Source of the DNA: an uncultured Nitrososphaerota archaeon
GTDB taxonomy: Archaea > Asgardarchaeota > Njordarchaeia > Njordarchaeales > Njordarchaeaceae
DNA: 64,000 nt
NCBI GenBank assembly: GCA_964518475.1
Contig: CAZFGR010000001.1
Location: 32,001-96,000 of the forward strand
Direction of reading: 5' to 3'
The translations under genes and the position numbers were made by a program. Shown here in pieces: positions 10,150 to 19,134 of this stretch (position 1 is the first letter of the stretch; every line of letters begins with the position of its first letter). A model generated the notes under the pieces. That model saw nothing but the letters and a program-made list of their open reading frames with translations. It was not told the DNA's origin and did no database searches.

Positions 10150-13100
10150 TTATATTGCATCTTCTATGTTGAGCCGTACTCTTATAGCTAGACTCATAAG
10201 CTCGTTAACTAATAGTACGAAAGCGTACGGCATCTTTAATTTGTATACTTCGCCTCCATCGTCACAGAGTCTGCACTCCCACTTCTTCTTGTTCGGATTA
10301 TAGTATGCGAAGGAACCACACTTTCTGCAGACATAGACATCGATTCCATCAGAGCTTTCAACGAATCTTTCCTGTAGGAATCTAGCTACTCCATGGCCAA
10401 GTAATGCGTCTCGTTCCATCTCTCCCAATCGTAATCCGCCGCCACGTGCTTTTCCCTCTGTTGGTTGCATCGTCATCAGAGTAACCTTTCCCTGAGCTCT
10501 TGCGTGTATTTTATCTCTCGCTAGATGCTTTAATCTCTGGTAATACACAGGTCCCATGAGGACATGAGTCTTAAGCATTTTACCGGTTTTTCCATCAAAG
10601 AGAGTCTTCTCACCATAATAGTTTAGTCCTAATTTCTTAGCTTCTCTAACTAATTGTTCAAGCCAATTATCGCTCTCGAAAGCAGTACCATCATAAACCT
10701 TACCAGTCTTCGCAGCAATATCGCCAGCTAAACTTTCAAGTAACTGCCCAATCGTCATTCTGGAAGGAATCGAGTGGGGGTTTATAATAATGTCTGGTGT
10801 CATTCCATACTCGTCAAACGGCATATCTTCTTGCGGTACTATAAGTCCTATTACTCCCTTCTGACCATGCCTACTTGCGAATTTATCTCCTAGCTCTGGT
10901 TGTCTTGGTTGTCTTAATTTAACCCTCACGAATGCTGTTCCTTCTCTAGTCACTGTTAGATATACAGTATCAACAGCTCCCGCTTCTCCCTTTCTCACTT
11001 TTTCGCTAGTATCTCTAAGCATTCTTATTCCTCCACCGATGCTAACTCCAGGGACGCCGACGTCTGCAGGACTCACACGACCTACAATTACCTCATCCTC
11101 AGCGATATCAACCCCTGGCCATGCAATACCATCCTCTGCTATCTTCTCAAGTACTCTATGCGCTGATCCTGGTGCTTCTAGAGGAATCTTTATTTCATCC
11201 GTCATGCTGGCAATGTATCGTCTCTCTTCAACTTCGTATATTCGATAGAGATATCCTCTCATAAAGCCCCTTTCTATGGATGCTTTGTTTATAATGATGG
11301 CGTCTTCTATGTTGTATCCTTCGTAAGCAAGTACGGCGACGATAGCGTTTTGACCAAACCCTCTCTTATCTGCTCCTACTATTTCAACCGTTTTCGTCGT
11401 GACTAGGGGTCTCTGAGGATACTGTAGGATATACGTTGATGTTTCAGGCTTTAATCGATAGTTTGGTCTCGGAATGCTCATTGCTTGTTTAGCCATTGAT
11501 GTCTCATGAGTTACTTTAGGAGATTGGTCATGATTTGCGAATGGTATGATTCCAGCATTTACCCCTAACAATGCTGCTGGGGCTATTTCCAAATGTGTAT
11601 GGTCTGGGGTAAGATCTTTCTCCCATACAGCGATATAGGCGTCTTCTTCCTCCTCTGCGTCTAACATTTCTATGATACCGTTTCTTAGTAGATCAGAGAA
11701 TGTCCATTCTCCTCTCTTTAGCTTTTCTACATGCTCTGGTCTAAGCATTGGTTTTCCTTCACGAACAATTATCAGAGGTCTTAGAATTCGTCCTCCATCA
11801 GTATTAATATGGACTTCGCCATATTTCTCCCAGTACTTTATGGAGATTTGCCAGTGAATTCTTCCGCTCCTTCTTAACTCCCTAAAGTCTCTTACTAACT
11901 TCTCGGGATCGGGATGAACACCTACGTACTCACCATCCACAAATATTGGCGTGTTTGGATAATATGTCCAACCCACATGTACGGGCTCGCGCTTGACTCC
12001 AAGGCTTGGCAATATATCATTGATTAATTTGTCTCGCTCTTCAGAAGGCAGTGGAGTGGTTACATAAGCCATTAGAGCAAGATGCTTTGTTAGTCCACAA
12101 AGTTCTCCTTCCGGGGTTTCGTTAGGACACATCCTGCCCCACTGAGTAGGGTGAAGGTCTCGCGCCTCTACTTTTCCTCTCTTAGCCTCAGCTGCTGTTC
12201 TTGTTAAGATATTCTTAACCCGTCTTAGATGGCTTAAATTGTCTAAATAGTTTAATCTGCCAAGAATCTCTGTCACACCTGTAACTCCTGTTGGCCACAT
12301 ACCTGTAGCTAAAGCTCTCATCATTATATCGTATAGCTTATCGGTTCGTAGAATACTTCTAATGGACTTTATCTCTTTGTACGTAGATACAACATTTACA
12401 ACTTTTCTACGAGTTTCCTCTATAAAGTTCCGCCAAGCAAATGCAAATAACTCCTCCAAAAAGTCGCCAACCATCTTTAATCGCTTATTCTTGTAATGGT
12501 CACGATCATCAGGAGTTATCTTGTTGAAATAAACGAGAACGACTCTTCTAACCATTCTTGCTAAGTAGTAACCCTTTAAGGGCCATGATTTCTCATCGGT
12601 TCCAATGTGGGGCATGAAATATAGGTTAAGTCTTCTTTTGACCTCTGCAATTATTCTTTCCCTGTTTCTTGGTGTAAGCGGTATTCTGAGGTCCGTTATG
12701 TACTTTGCAAGTTCTAGGAGAGCATTTTCCTGAGAAATCAAGACTTCGGGCTTTAAGCCCTCCATATTAAGTTGTAAAACCATAGTTATAAGCTCGCCCC
12801 AAGGGCTTTTACCCTCTATTTCATCGGGGGCAGCTAATAGTGAGAAATCACGAAGCGTGAATCCCAAAGCTCTAACAAGAACTAGTAATGGTATAGGCTC
12901 TTTATCACCCGCTTTAGTGAACTGTACATAAAGCTTCAAGTCCTGGCGTCCCATGTAGATAGTTACTCTGTTTCTGTATGTTCCGGGAGAGACAAGCCAA
13001 GCCATGACAGCATATTTCTTAGCCTCTGTAGAGACTCCCGAGATTTTTTCTGTAAGAATTCTCCCTCTAACCCCTTCTTCACGTGGTACAACGACTCGCT

Positions 13101-13671
13101 CGGATCCGTTAATGATTAGGTATCCTCCAGGATCCATTTCGTCTTCTCCAAGCATGATTAGCATATTCTTGTCTTTTTTGGCGTAAATGCTGAGATAGGG
13201 GTCATATTTAGAACCAACAACTAGGGGCATTATCAGTAGTCTAACACGTTCCCTCTTCACAACCTCGTCTGCTCTTCTATCTCCTTCATACCTAACTCTC
13301 TTTAAAGATACCCAGACATAAACTGGTATTCCATAAGTGACTCTTCTAATTCTACACTCTAATGGAGTTATATCGGGTAGAGGAGAACCGTCAAAATCAA
13401 AAATAAAGCTACGTGGTTCAATCTCAACCCTAACTCTCTCTTTATCATCGTCGTTCATCTTAACTCTGAAGTCAAAGTAAAATCCAACCTCTGCATCAAT
13501 TATTGGGTGTGCTTCGATGACTCGCCTTATTCTCTCTTCTAGAAAGTTATCATAGCTTCGTATGTGATGCGATGCGATCCCAAATTCCTCTATCATCTTC
13601 TGGATAACTAACCATCGGCTGTCCTTGGATAGTGTTACTTCTCTAGCATTACTTCCAGCGGAAGAGTTCAT
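10150..13671 (-). CDS. rpoB: DNA-directed RNA polymerase subunit B (Rpo2), unsplit
   Basis: GGYLIINGSERV, ETPEG..CGL, GYNIEDA, GDKFASRHGQKG, PSRMTIGQ, GGLRLGEMERD and a C-terminal Zn ribbon. Confidence 0.97.
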   Translation of the reverse strand: MNSSAGSNAREVTLSKDSRWLVIQKMIEEFGIASHHIRSYDNFLEERIRRVIEAHPIIDAEVGFYFDFRVKMNDDDKERVRVEIEPRSFIFDFDGSPLPDITPLECRIRRVTYGIPVYVWVSLKRVRYEGDRRADEVVKRERVRLLIMPLVVGSKYDPYLSIYAKKDKNMLIMLGEDEMDPGGYLIINGSERVVVPREEGVRGRILTEKISGVSTEAKKYAVMAWLVSPGTYRNRVTIYMGRQDLKLYVQFTKAGDKEPIPLLVLVRALGFTLRDFSLLAAPDEIEGKSPWGELITMVLQLNMEGLKPEVLISQENALLELAKYITDLRIPLTPRNRERIIAEVKRRLNLYFMPHIGTDEKSWPLKGYYLARMVRRVVLVYFNKITPDDRDHYKNKRLKMVGDFLEELFAFAWRNFIEETRRKVVNVVSTYKEIKSIRSILRTDKLYDIMMRALATGMWPTGVTGVTEILGRLNYLDNLSHLRRVKNILTRTAAEAKRGKVEARDLHPTQWGRMCPNETPEGELCGLTKHLALMAYVTTPLPSEERDKLINDILPSLGVKREPVHVGWTYYPNTPIFVDGEYVGVHPDPEKLVRDFRELRRSGRIHWQISIKYWEKYGEVHINTDGGRILRPLIIVREGKPMLRPEHVEKLKRGEWTFSDLLRNGIIEMLDAEEEEDAYIAVWEKDLTPDHTHLEIAPAALLGVNAGIIPFANHDQSPKVTHETSMAKQAMSIPRPNYRLKPETSTYILQYPQRPLVTTKTVEIVGADKRGFGQNAIVAVLAYEGYNIEDAIIINKASIERGFMRGYLYRIYEVEERRYIASMTDEIKIPLEAPGSAHRVLEKIAEDGIAWPGVDIAEDEVIVGRVSPADVGVPGVSIGGGIRMLRDTSEKVRKGEAGAVDTVYLTVTREGTAFVRVKLRQPRQPELGDKFASRHGQKGVIGLIVPQEDMPFDEYGMTPDIIINPHSIPSRMTIGQLLESLAGDIAAKTGKVYDGTAFESDNWLEQLVREAKKLGLNYYGEKTLFDGKTGKMLKTHVLMGPVYYQRLKHLARDKIHARAQGKVTLMTMQPTEGKARGGGLRLGEMERDALLGHGVARFLQERFVESSDGIDVYVCRKCGSFAYYNPNKKKWECRLCDDGGEVYKLKMPYAFVLLVNELMSLAIRVRLNIEDAI

Positions 13672-13812
13672 TCTGATGCACCAATTAGAAGGAAGTAACT
13701 ACATATATCTAAGAGGTATAAATATAAGTTAGGTGACGAGTAAAAGTATTTAAGGATTATTCTCCACAACCAAGAAATTAAAAACTATAGCTAAAGATAT
13801 TACTAACTACTA

Positions 13813-13886
13813 GGGCCCGTAGCGCAGTTGGAAAGCGCGGCGGCCTTCGGAGCCGTCGGTCGCGGGTTCGAGTCCCGCCGGGCCCG
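13813..13886 (+). tRNA. tRNA-Arg(TCG)
   Basis: Acceptor stem GGGCCCG/CGGGCCC, anticodon arm GCGGC-CTTCGGA-GCCGT, T-loop GTTCGAGTC; CCA not encoded. Confidence 0.95.
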
Positions 13887-13918
13887 CTATCCACCTTAAA
13901 GATTTTTCTATCGGATTT

Positions 13919-14668
13919 TTACTCTATGAGATCCTCAATAGCACTTGCAAAGTCTTGAAGAACCGCGAATGGATCTTTAGCTTTTACTACGGCAGAAGCC
14001 ACTAAAACTCCTTTCGCTCCTAATTCAATAGCTCTTCTAACATCTTCTCCAGTAGTTATTCCTGCACCACATAACGGTATGACCTTTCCCATACTCGCTT
14101 TCTCTATCCTCTTTACGCTCTCCACTACCGCCTCTGGTTTAGCTTTACTGACGCTTATTCCCGTACCTATGAGCTCGGGTGGTTCGAAGGCTAGAAAATG
14201 AGGCAATAATCTAGCTATTTTTTCGCTCATTTCTGGAGATGACGCACAAACGCAGGTGACAAGCCCCACTTCATGAGCCCTCTTTATGGCTTTTTCTATA
14301 TCTTCCAGAGAAAGAGGACGTTCTGAGTGATTAATCAGAGTACCATGAGCTCCAGCTAATTTTACAACTTCTGGAGGAGTATGCCCCGTTTTCGCTCCTA
14401 GAGGCACAGGATCAATATGTTGAGAAAAAATATAGACCCTTCGCACTACTTGTGCTACCCGATAAATATCTGCTATCTGAGGAGCTATACCGAAGGTTAT
14501 TTTGCTGAAGTCCTCAGCTACATCCTCAACAATTTCAGTTAACCTAACAGCATTCTCCCCAATCGCACTCTCATAAGCCTTGTAATTTACCAGTATTATT
14601 GGCGGAGAAATCTTTAATTTCATTTCTTCGTGAGAGATTTGAGATAGCATCTTCATGCACCAGAACAT
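13919..14668 (-). CDS. tpiA: Triosephosphate isomerase (archaeal type)
   Basis: NYKAY, QHID, NHSER, EPPELIGTG, GAGI and GVLVAS motifs; true start probably slightly downstream. Confidence 0.96.
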   Translation of the reverse strand: MFWCMKMLSQISHEEMKLKISPPIILVNYKAYESAIGENAVRLTEIVEDVAEDFSKITFGIAPQIADIYRVAQVVRRVYIFSQHIDPVPLGAKTGHTPPEVVKLAGAHGTLINHSERPLSLEDIEKAIKRAHEVGLVTCVCASSPEMSEKIARLLPHFLAFEPPELIGTGISVSKAKPEAVVESVKRIEKASMGKVIPLCGAGITTGEDVRRAIELGAKGVLVASAVVKAKDPFAVLQDFASAIEDLIE

Positions 14669-14725
14669 TCTATACTCTCGAAATATAGTGGTACATTATT
14701 CAATTAAAATAACAAGTATGAGGTG

Positions 14726-14938
14726 CTAGAAAATTATCCATGCAGAGATTACAAGCAAGATAAATAACAGAGAGATCGCGGTGACTGCCCTTGGTCCTAC
14801 CTTTATGCCCATTTCTTCCTCTTCATAGAATCTTAAAAGTCCAGCCCCCGTAGGAGGCGTTGTTAATCGCCTCGATTTTCTTCTAGCTCTTTTTTCTTCT
14901 AATTCTTCCTCTTCATACTCCCAATAATCCTCTGACAT
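14726..14938 (-). CDS. secG: Preprotein translocase subunit Sec61beta
   Basis: GAGLLRFYEEE..GIKVGP motif followed by one C-terminal TM helix. Confidence 0.92.
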   Translation of the reverse strand: MSEDYWEYEEEELEEKRARRKSRRLTTPPTGAGLLRFYEEEEMGIKVGPRAVTAISLLFILLVISAWIIF

Positions 14939-14959
14939 ATATCATACACTTCCTCTAAA

Positions 14960-15271
14960 TCATCCAAGCATATCAGCAGAACTTATTTGGAACGAGACAA
15001 TGTTGTATTCACGAAGAATATCCCCAACCTTCTTACCAGCAAAGTATATTGGTTCTCCTCCACCAGTCAATCCTATCCTTCCGCTTTTTATGCCTAATTT
15101 TTCAGCTGCTTCAAGCACTACTCGCTCCATTGAATCATTTATTGTCGTTCTGATCGCTATTGTTTTTCTCAGATTATCCGCCCTCTGGAAATATAGTGTA
15201 ACTATTTCGGGCAATTCTTCGTGTTCCTCAGTTTGCTTAAGCTCAGCGATTTTTTTATCACGCGATTCCAT
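14960..15271 (-). CDS. UFM1-like ubiquitin-fold modifier
   Basis: Beta-grasp-sized core aligns by eye with UFM1: VLEAAEKLGI vs VLKFAAEEFKV, TGGGEPI vs TNDGIGI, KVGDILREY vs TAGNVFLKH; ends DMLG vs mature UFM1 DRVG. Confidence 0.72.
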   Translation of the reverse strand: MESRDKKIAELKQTEEHEELPEIVTLYFQRADNLRKTIAIRTTINDSMERVVLEAAEKLGIKSGRIGLTGGGEPIYFAGKKVGDILREYNIVSFQISSADMLG

Positions 15272-15377
15272 TCATTTCACCGCATTAAACACTAAAATCA
15301 ACCTAATACTTCTCAAGTCATTTAGCTTACTAAAATCTATCTTAAAATGCACCTCACAGGGAAAGCCCAATCATCGA

Positions 15378-15779
15378 CTATTTCAATATCTCGTCGAGAT
15401 GCTTCTTAGCCTTCTTTTTCAATTTTTCATCTTTCATCAGATTAGATTCTCTAATCTCAGCAAATTCGTCCTTAAGAGAATCCATGCTCACTTTGAGATC
15501 ACTAAGAATCTGTGCGAAAGAATCTAGTTTACCAACTAATTTACTAATACTTATGGACAATTTCAAGATATGATCCTCAATTCTCTTCATCATATTAACT
15601 AATTCAGAAGTATTCTCATTAATCGTTGATAAAACCTCATTCCAAGCCTCCACTAATGATTTTAGAGATTCGGCGCTTGGTACTGGTCCCCGGGGCGTCT
15701 CTATAACATCTATAACTATAACCTTTTCCTTCTTCTCTGATTCGCCCTTACTCAATACTCTCACTCCCACAATACTCAC
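15378..15779 (-). CDS. Hypothetical coiled-coil protein between the UBA5-like and UFM1-like genes
   Basis: Short beta segment (VIVIDVIETPRGPVP) followed by a long heptad helix; ORF overlaps the E1 gene end. Confidence 0.7.
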   Translation of the reverse strand: MSIVGVRVLSKGESEKKEKVIVIDVIETPRGPVPSAESLKSLVEAWNEVLSTINENTSELVNMMKRIEDHILKLSISISKLVGKLDSFAQILSDLKVSMDSLKDEFAEIRESNLMKDEKLKKKAKKHLDEILK

Positions 15780-16515
15780 AGTTTCTCCTTCTCTTTACCT
15801 TATCGTCACTTAATACTGTAATACTATTGTTACGCAAGCTAATTATTATCCTAGGAGCCACGTCATTATTATGTAATATCTTTAATCCTTGATCTACCTG
15901 AATAGCCGCTATAATACTTATGGTTGTGGGTAATGAGGCGTCACAAGATCCGGATTCCTCCTCCCCTCCCAGCTCCACCAGAGTTCCCTCTCCAAAATAA
16001 CACCCTAGACAAGGTGTCTTATATGGAATAACCGTTATAACACGCCCCCCTAGACCATCAGTACTTGTTCCTCCATCGATAAGAGGCTTCCGAAGTTTTA
16101 CAATCCAGTAATTAATCTCTAGCCTAGCCTCTACATTATCAAAGCATGTAAAAACAAGATCGCACTTCTTTAAAATCTCTGGAAGCTTCTCCCAACCTAT
16201 AACATCGACATAGTACGTTTCTATATCTGGTGCAAAATTGCCTAGAATCTTCGATATCTTCGCCAGTTTATTAGCTAACGCATTTACTTTCGGTTTACCA
16301 ATATCCTCTACCTCAAAACCTAGTCTATTGAAGTTCTCCGGCCCGACAATATCACGATCCACAAGAATTAGCTTCCCAATACCTAACCTGCCCAGCATCT
16401 CAGCAACCAAAACTCCTAAACCTCCAACTCCTAAAACACATGCGACTTTACTATGCACCAGCTCTGGATCCACTCCCGCCCTTTTTACTCTCTCCAGCAT
16501 GGGGGGTAGAGCCAC
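15748..16515 (-). CDS. UBA5-like E1 activating enzyme (ThiF/MoeB superfamily)
   Basis: GVGGLG, AEMLGRLGIGKL, NFNRL, CFDNVEAR, Zn ligands CLGC and CEYC, and GSCDASLPTT matching the UBA5 catalytic motif GVCAASLPTT. Confidence 0.85.
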   Translation of the reverse strand: MALPPMLERVKRAGVDPELVHSKVACVLGVGGLGVLVAEMLGRLGIGKLILVDRDIVGPENFNRLGFEVEDIGKPKVNALANKLAKISKILGNFAPDIETYYVDVIGWEKLPEILKKCDLVFTCFDNVEARLEINYWIVKLRKPLIDGGTSTDGLGGRVITVIPYKTPCLGCYFGEGTLVELGGEEESGSCDASLPTTISIIAAIQVDQGLKILHNNDVAPRIIISLRNNSITVLSDDKVKRRRNCEYCGSESIE

Positions 16516-17833
16516 TTTCCCTCGCCTCCCTTCTTTTCCTCTTTTTCTCCCTCATATATAACAATCGTACAAATAGTAATGGATGAGACATCTCCTTTTC
16601 ATATCTTCTACCCATCAAGAAACTTAGATATTCACTGCAAGCTTTTCGAGCTTCTCCTTCCCTCATTCTTCTTAGTATAGTTACAAGCACTTTATCGGGC
16701 ATTTCTTGGTGCATATTCTTGAGAATTTCCTTCAACTGTTCAGAGGACAAGGATTTGAATGGACAGAAATACTTAGCTATTATGGTTTCACATTTCGGCG
16801 CTTCATAATCTTTTCTCCCTCCAACTAATCCATAGATGTGTTTTATATAATATCCACCTTTCCGCTCAAATTCCTCCCAAGACATACCAAAATTATCAAC
16901 TGCTGATTTGTACCATAATTGTAATTGCTCTTCCAAGCTCATACCTAGTTTTTTAAGAAATAGTCCTAGTTGTAACCTTTCCCCATGAGTAAGATAACCT
17001 GAAGTTCTAAGTCTATTAATCAGTATTTTCATACATAATGGCCATAGATCCTCTCGCTCATATAGCTTTTCACCCACTACCTTAAAATCTTTGTATTTGA
17101 TACTCATTAGATCCCTCTTCTCCCTCCAGTAAGAGAGAATTCTCTCTGCTACTTCTTGCAAGATAAGAACTTTTGTATCTCCCTCTTTTTTGCGTTGACT
17201 TAGATGCTTAATTCTCGCCTCCAGTTTCGTTTGAAAGCATTTCTTTATTTCAGCTAATAGGAACCTCATCGTCGTTACGATCCATCCCTTATGGGGAAAG
17301 CCACGGTGCTTAATAAGAAGCCATGGAACCTCCCAGAATTTTACCGCTACTCCTCCAAGCTCGTTCCGATAAATGTCAGTATAAAGCTTTGTCATCGTTT
17401 CCTTTCTCCTAGTATCACTAGGTAATAATACCGCTAATTCCTTTAATATATCATCTCTGCTAATTCCTAGACGAGATGTTATCTCCTTCCATCCTATAAT
17501 TACGTTATCACCTAGCAAGTCCTTTATTATTGCAATTTTATCTCCAATCGAAGCCCTCTCCATCCAATACGAGAAAAAATCACCCTCATGCTCTAGAAAC
17601 CATAACTTGAAAAGGTTATCTTCCGATAAAGCTGCTGTAATTATCAAAGAGAAGCAACCCAGCGGATTCAAAACGTCCTCATTAGACTTTAAAAAAGCCT
17701 CCTCCCTATCCCTCGCAATACTCAATAGGAAATCTACCCTTTTCTTACCAGCTTCAACTAGTTGATCCAGATTTACTGAGCCATGAAGCTTTTGTAACGG
17801 ATACCACTTAGGTAGTTTTGACTCCAGAAACAT
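16451..17833 (-). CDS. priL: DNA primase large subunit, eukaryote-like (PRIM2/p58 type)
   Basis: Fe-S domain WPLCM...LTHGERLQLGLFLK...Y.IKHIYG..G.RKDY...C...CPF...AC...HP. Confidence 0.9.
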   Translation of the reverse strand: MFLESKLPKWYPLQKLHGSVNLDQLVEAGKKRVDFLLSIARDREEAFLKSNEDVLNPLGCFSLIITAALSEDNLFKLWFLEHEGDFFSYWMERASIGDKIAIIKDLLGDNVIIGWKEITSRLGISRDDILKELAVLLPSDTRRKETMTKLYTDIYRNELGGVAVKFWEVPWLLIKHRGFPHKGWIVTTMRFLLAEIKKCFQTKLEARIKHLSQRKKEGDTKVLILQEVAERILSYWREKRDLMSIKYKDFKVVGEKLYEREDLWPLCMKILINRLRTSGYLTHGERLQLGLFLKKLGMSLEEQLQLWYKSAVDNFGMSWEEFERKGGYYIKHIYGLVGGRKDYEAPKCETIIAKYFCPFKSLSSEQLKEILKNMHQEMPDKVLVTILRRMREGEARKACSEYLSFLMGRRYEKEMSHPLLFVRLLYMREKKRKRREARESGSTPHAGESKKGGSGSRAGA

Positions 17834-18415
17834 CTAGTCACCCCCACCCGGTCCCTTAGCCAACATGTCAATAACTATTTCATCAATTAATTCGGGGGGA
17901 GGCATTAGAGCTTGCCCAAGTTCTGTCAAAATGATTTTTCCAGAATCAGCGTCGAGTCTAATGATTTTCTCTCTTTCGAGCTTCTTAAGAGCCTTTCGCA
18001 AGAGCTTATCTACTTTTTCTTCATCACCAATAAGGGCTAGCAAATCGTTTCTTAACACTGATAAGAAAATTTCTCCTCCCTTACTTCTAAAAAATATAAG
18101 CGCCAGGACACCCATGACATCCTTACTATAAGGCCGTAACTCCCCAAGTTTTATAGCTGGATCAATCACAGCTACGAAAATCTCGCTTCGCCTACTCCTC
18201 CTAACAACTCGTACCCTCTTAAGTTTTAGCCCAATCTTCTCGAACCTTCTCTCAAGCTCTTTTAAGCATTCTTCTAGAGGGATCCGTGATTTCTTCAAAA
18301 TCTTTATTACCTTGCTCACCGGTGCACCTATACTTCTATAACGACTGGCTAGGATATAGGCCGCCGCCTCCCGAATCGCTTGTTCAGCTTCCTCTGGTAA
18401 ATCTTTGCTACTCAT
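17834..18415 (-). CDS. Tandem winged-helix KITE-like protein (Nse1/Nse3/MAGE/ScpB-like)
   Basis: Two WH-like halves (LKELERRFEKIGLKLKRV; MGVLALIFFRSKGGEI...ALKKLEREKII...IILTELG); lies in an SMC gene cluster. Confidence 0.65.
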   Translation of the reverse strand: MSSKDLPEEAEQAIREAAAYILASRYRSIGAPVSKVIKILKKSRIPLEECLKELERRFEKIGLKLKRVRVVRRSRRSEIFVAVIDPAIKLGELRPYSKDVMGVLALIFFRSKGGEIFLSVLRNDLLALIGDEEKVDKLLRKALKKLEREKIIRLDADSGKIILTELGQALMPPPELIDEIVIDMLAKGPGGGD

Positions 18416-19097
18416 ATCGTTTCACCTTAACGATGTTCTCCTTATAATCATACAATAAATTACCATTTTTCAACAGTCTTAACACTCCAATAACACGTAG
18501 TTTCACTTCTAGCTCCGTCTGCACTAACTCCCGTCTTCTTACTACTTCCTCTATTCTACACTTCCCCTCGTTTTTTATTATTTCATTAAGTAATGTCTCC
18601 TCCAACTTCTTCAGGAAAGAATTCTTTTTGAGTAGATGAGTTACTATCTCAGGCAATACTCTCTTTAACCTCTTCTTTAACGCTTTCCGAACCTTTTGTC
18701 CTCCAAGAATTAGTTGTTCAAGACCTTCTTTTAACGCTTCATATGAAAATCCTTGGATAGAAACAATATGTGTGATGGGGAATTCTTCGCGTTTAACGGC
18801 TTCTAGAACCATCTTTATACTTGATAAGGGTTTGTTGAGAGAAACTTTACTAGCTTGTAATAACTGTTCAACATAATTGTGTCTAGCTTTAACATAAAGA
18901 TTAAGCATTTGAAAGAAAGAGATGCCAAGATCCGTATCCCTAATCAGAATACGCCTAACATCAGCATTATCTGATATGTCTACGATATTATTGAGAATAA
19001 TCCGTGGAAGACCCTCAGCCCCTGTCTTAATGTATTCTTTCATTAACCTAATTGTTCTTACCACGATACCCCGATTCTTATCACGGCTACGACTCAT
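18408..19097 (-). CDS. Putative kleisin (ScpA/Nse4-like)
   Basis: Helical N-terminus and C-terminal WH-like LRVIGVLRLLKNGNLLYD; located between the SMC and KITE-like genes. Confidence 0.5.
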   Translation of the reverse strand: MSRSRDKNRGIVVRTIRLMKEYIKTGAEGLPRIILNNIVDISDNADVRRILIRDTDLGISFFQMLNLYVKARHNYVEQLLQASKVSLNKPLSSIKMVLEAVKREEFPITHIVSIQGFSYEALKEGLEQLILGGQKVRKALKKRLKRVLPEIVTHLLKKNSFLKKLEETLLNEIIKNEGKCRIEEVVRRRELVQTELEVKLRVIGVLRLLKNGNLLYDYKENIVKVKRYE

Positions 19098-19134
19098 TTT
19101 AACCAGAACCTAATTCAACAATATCTCTTCCAAT

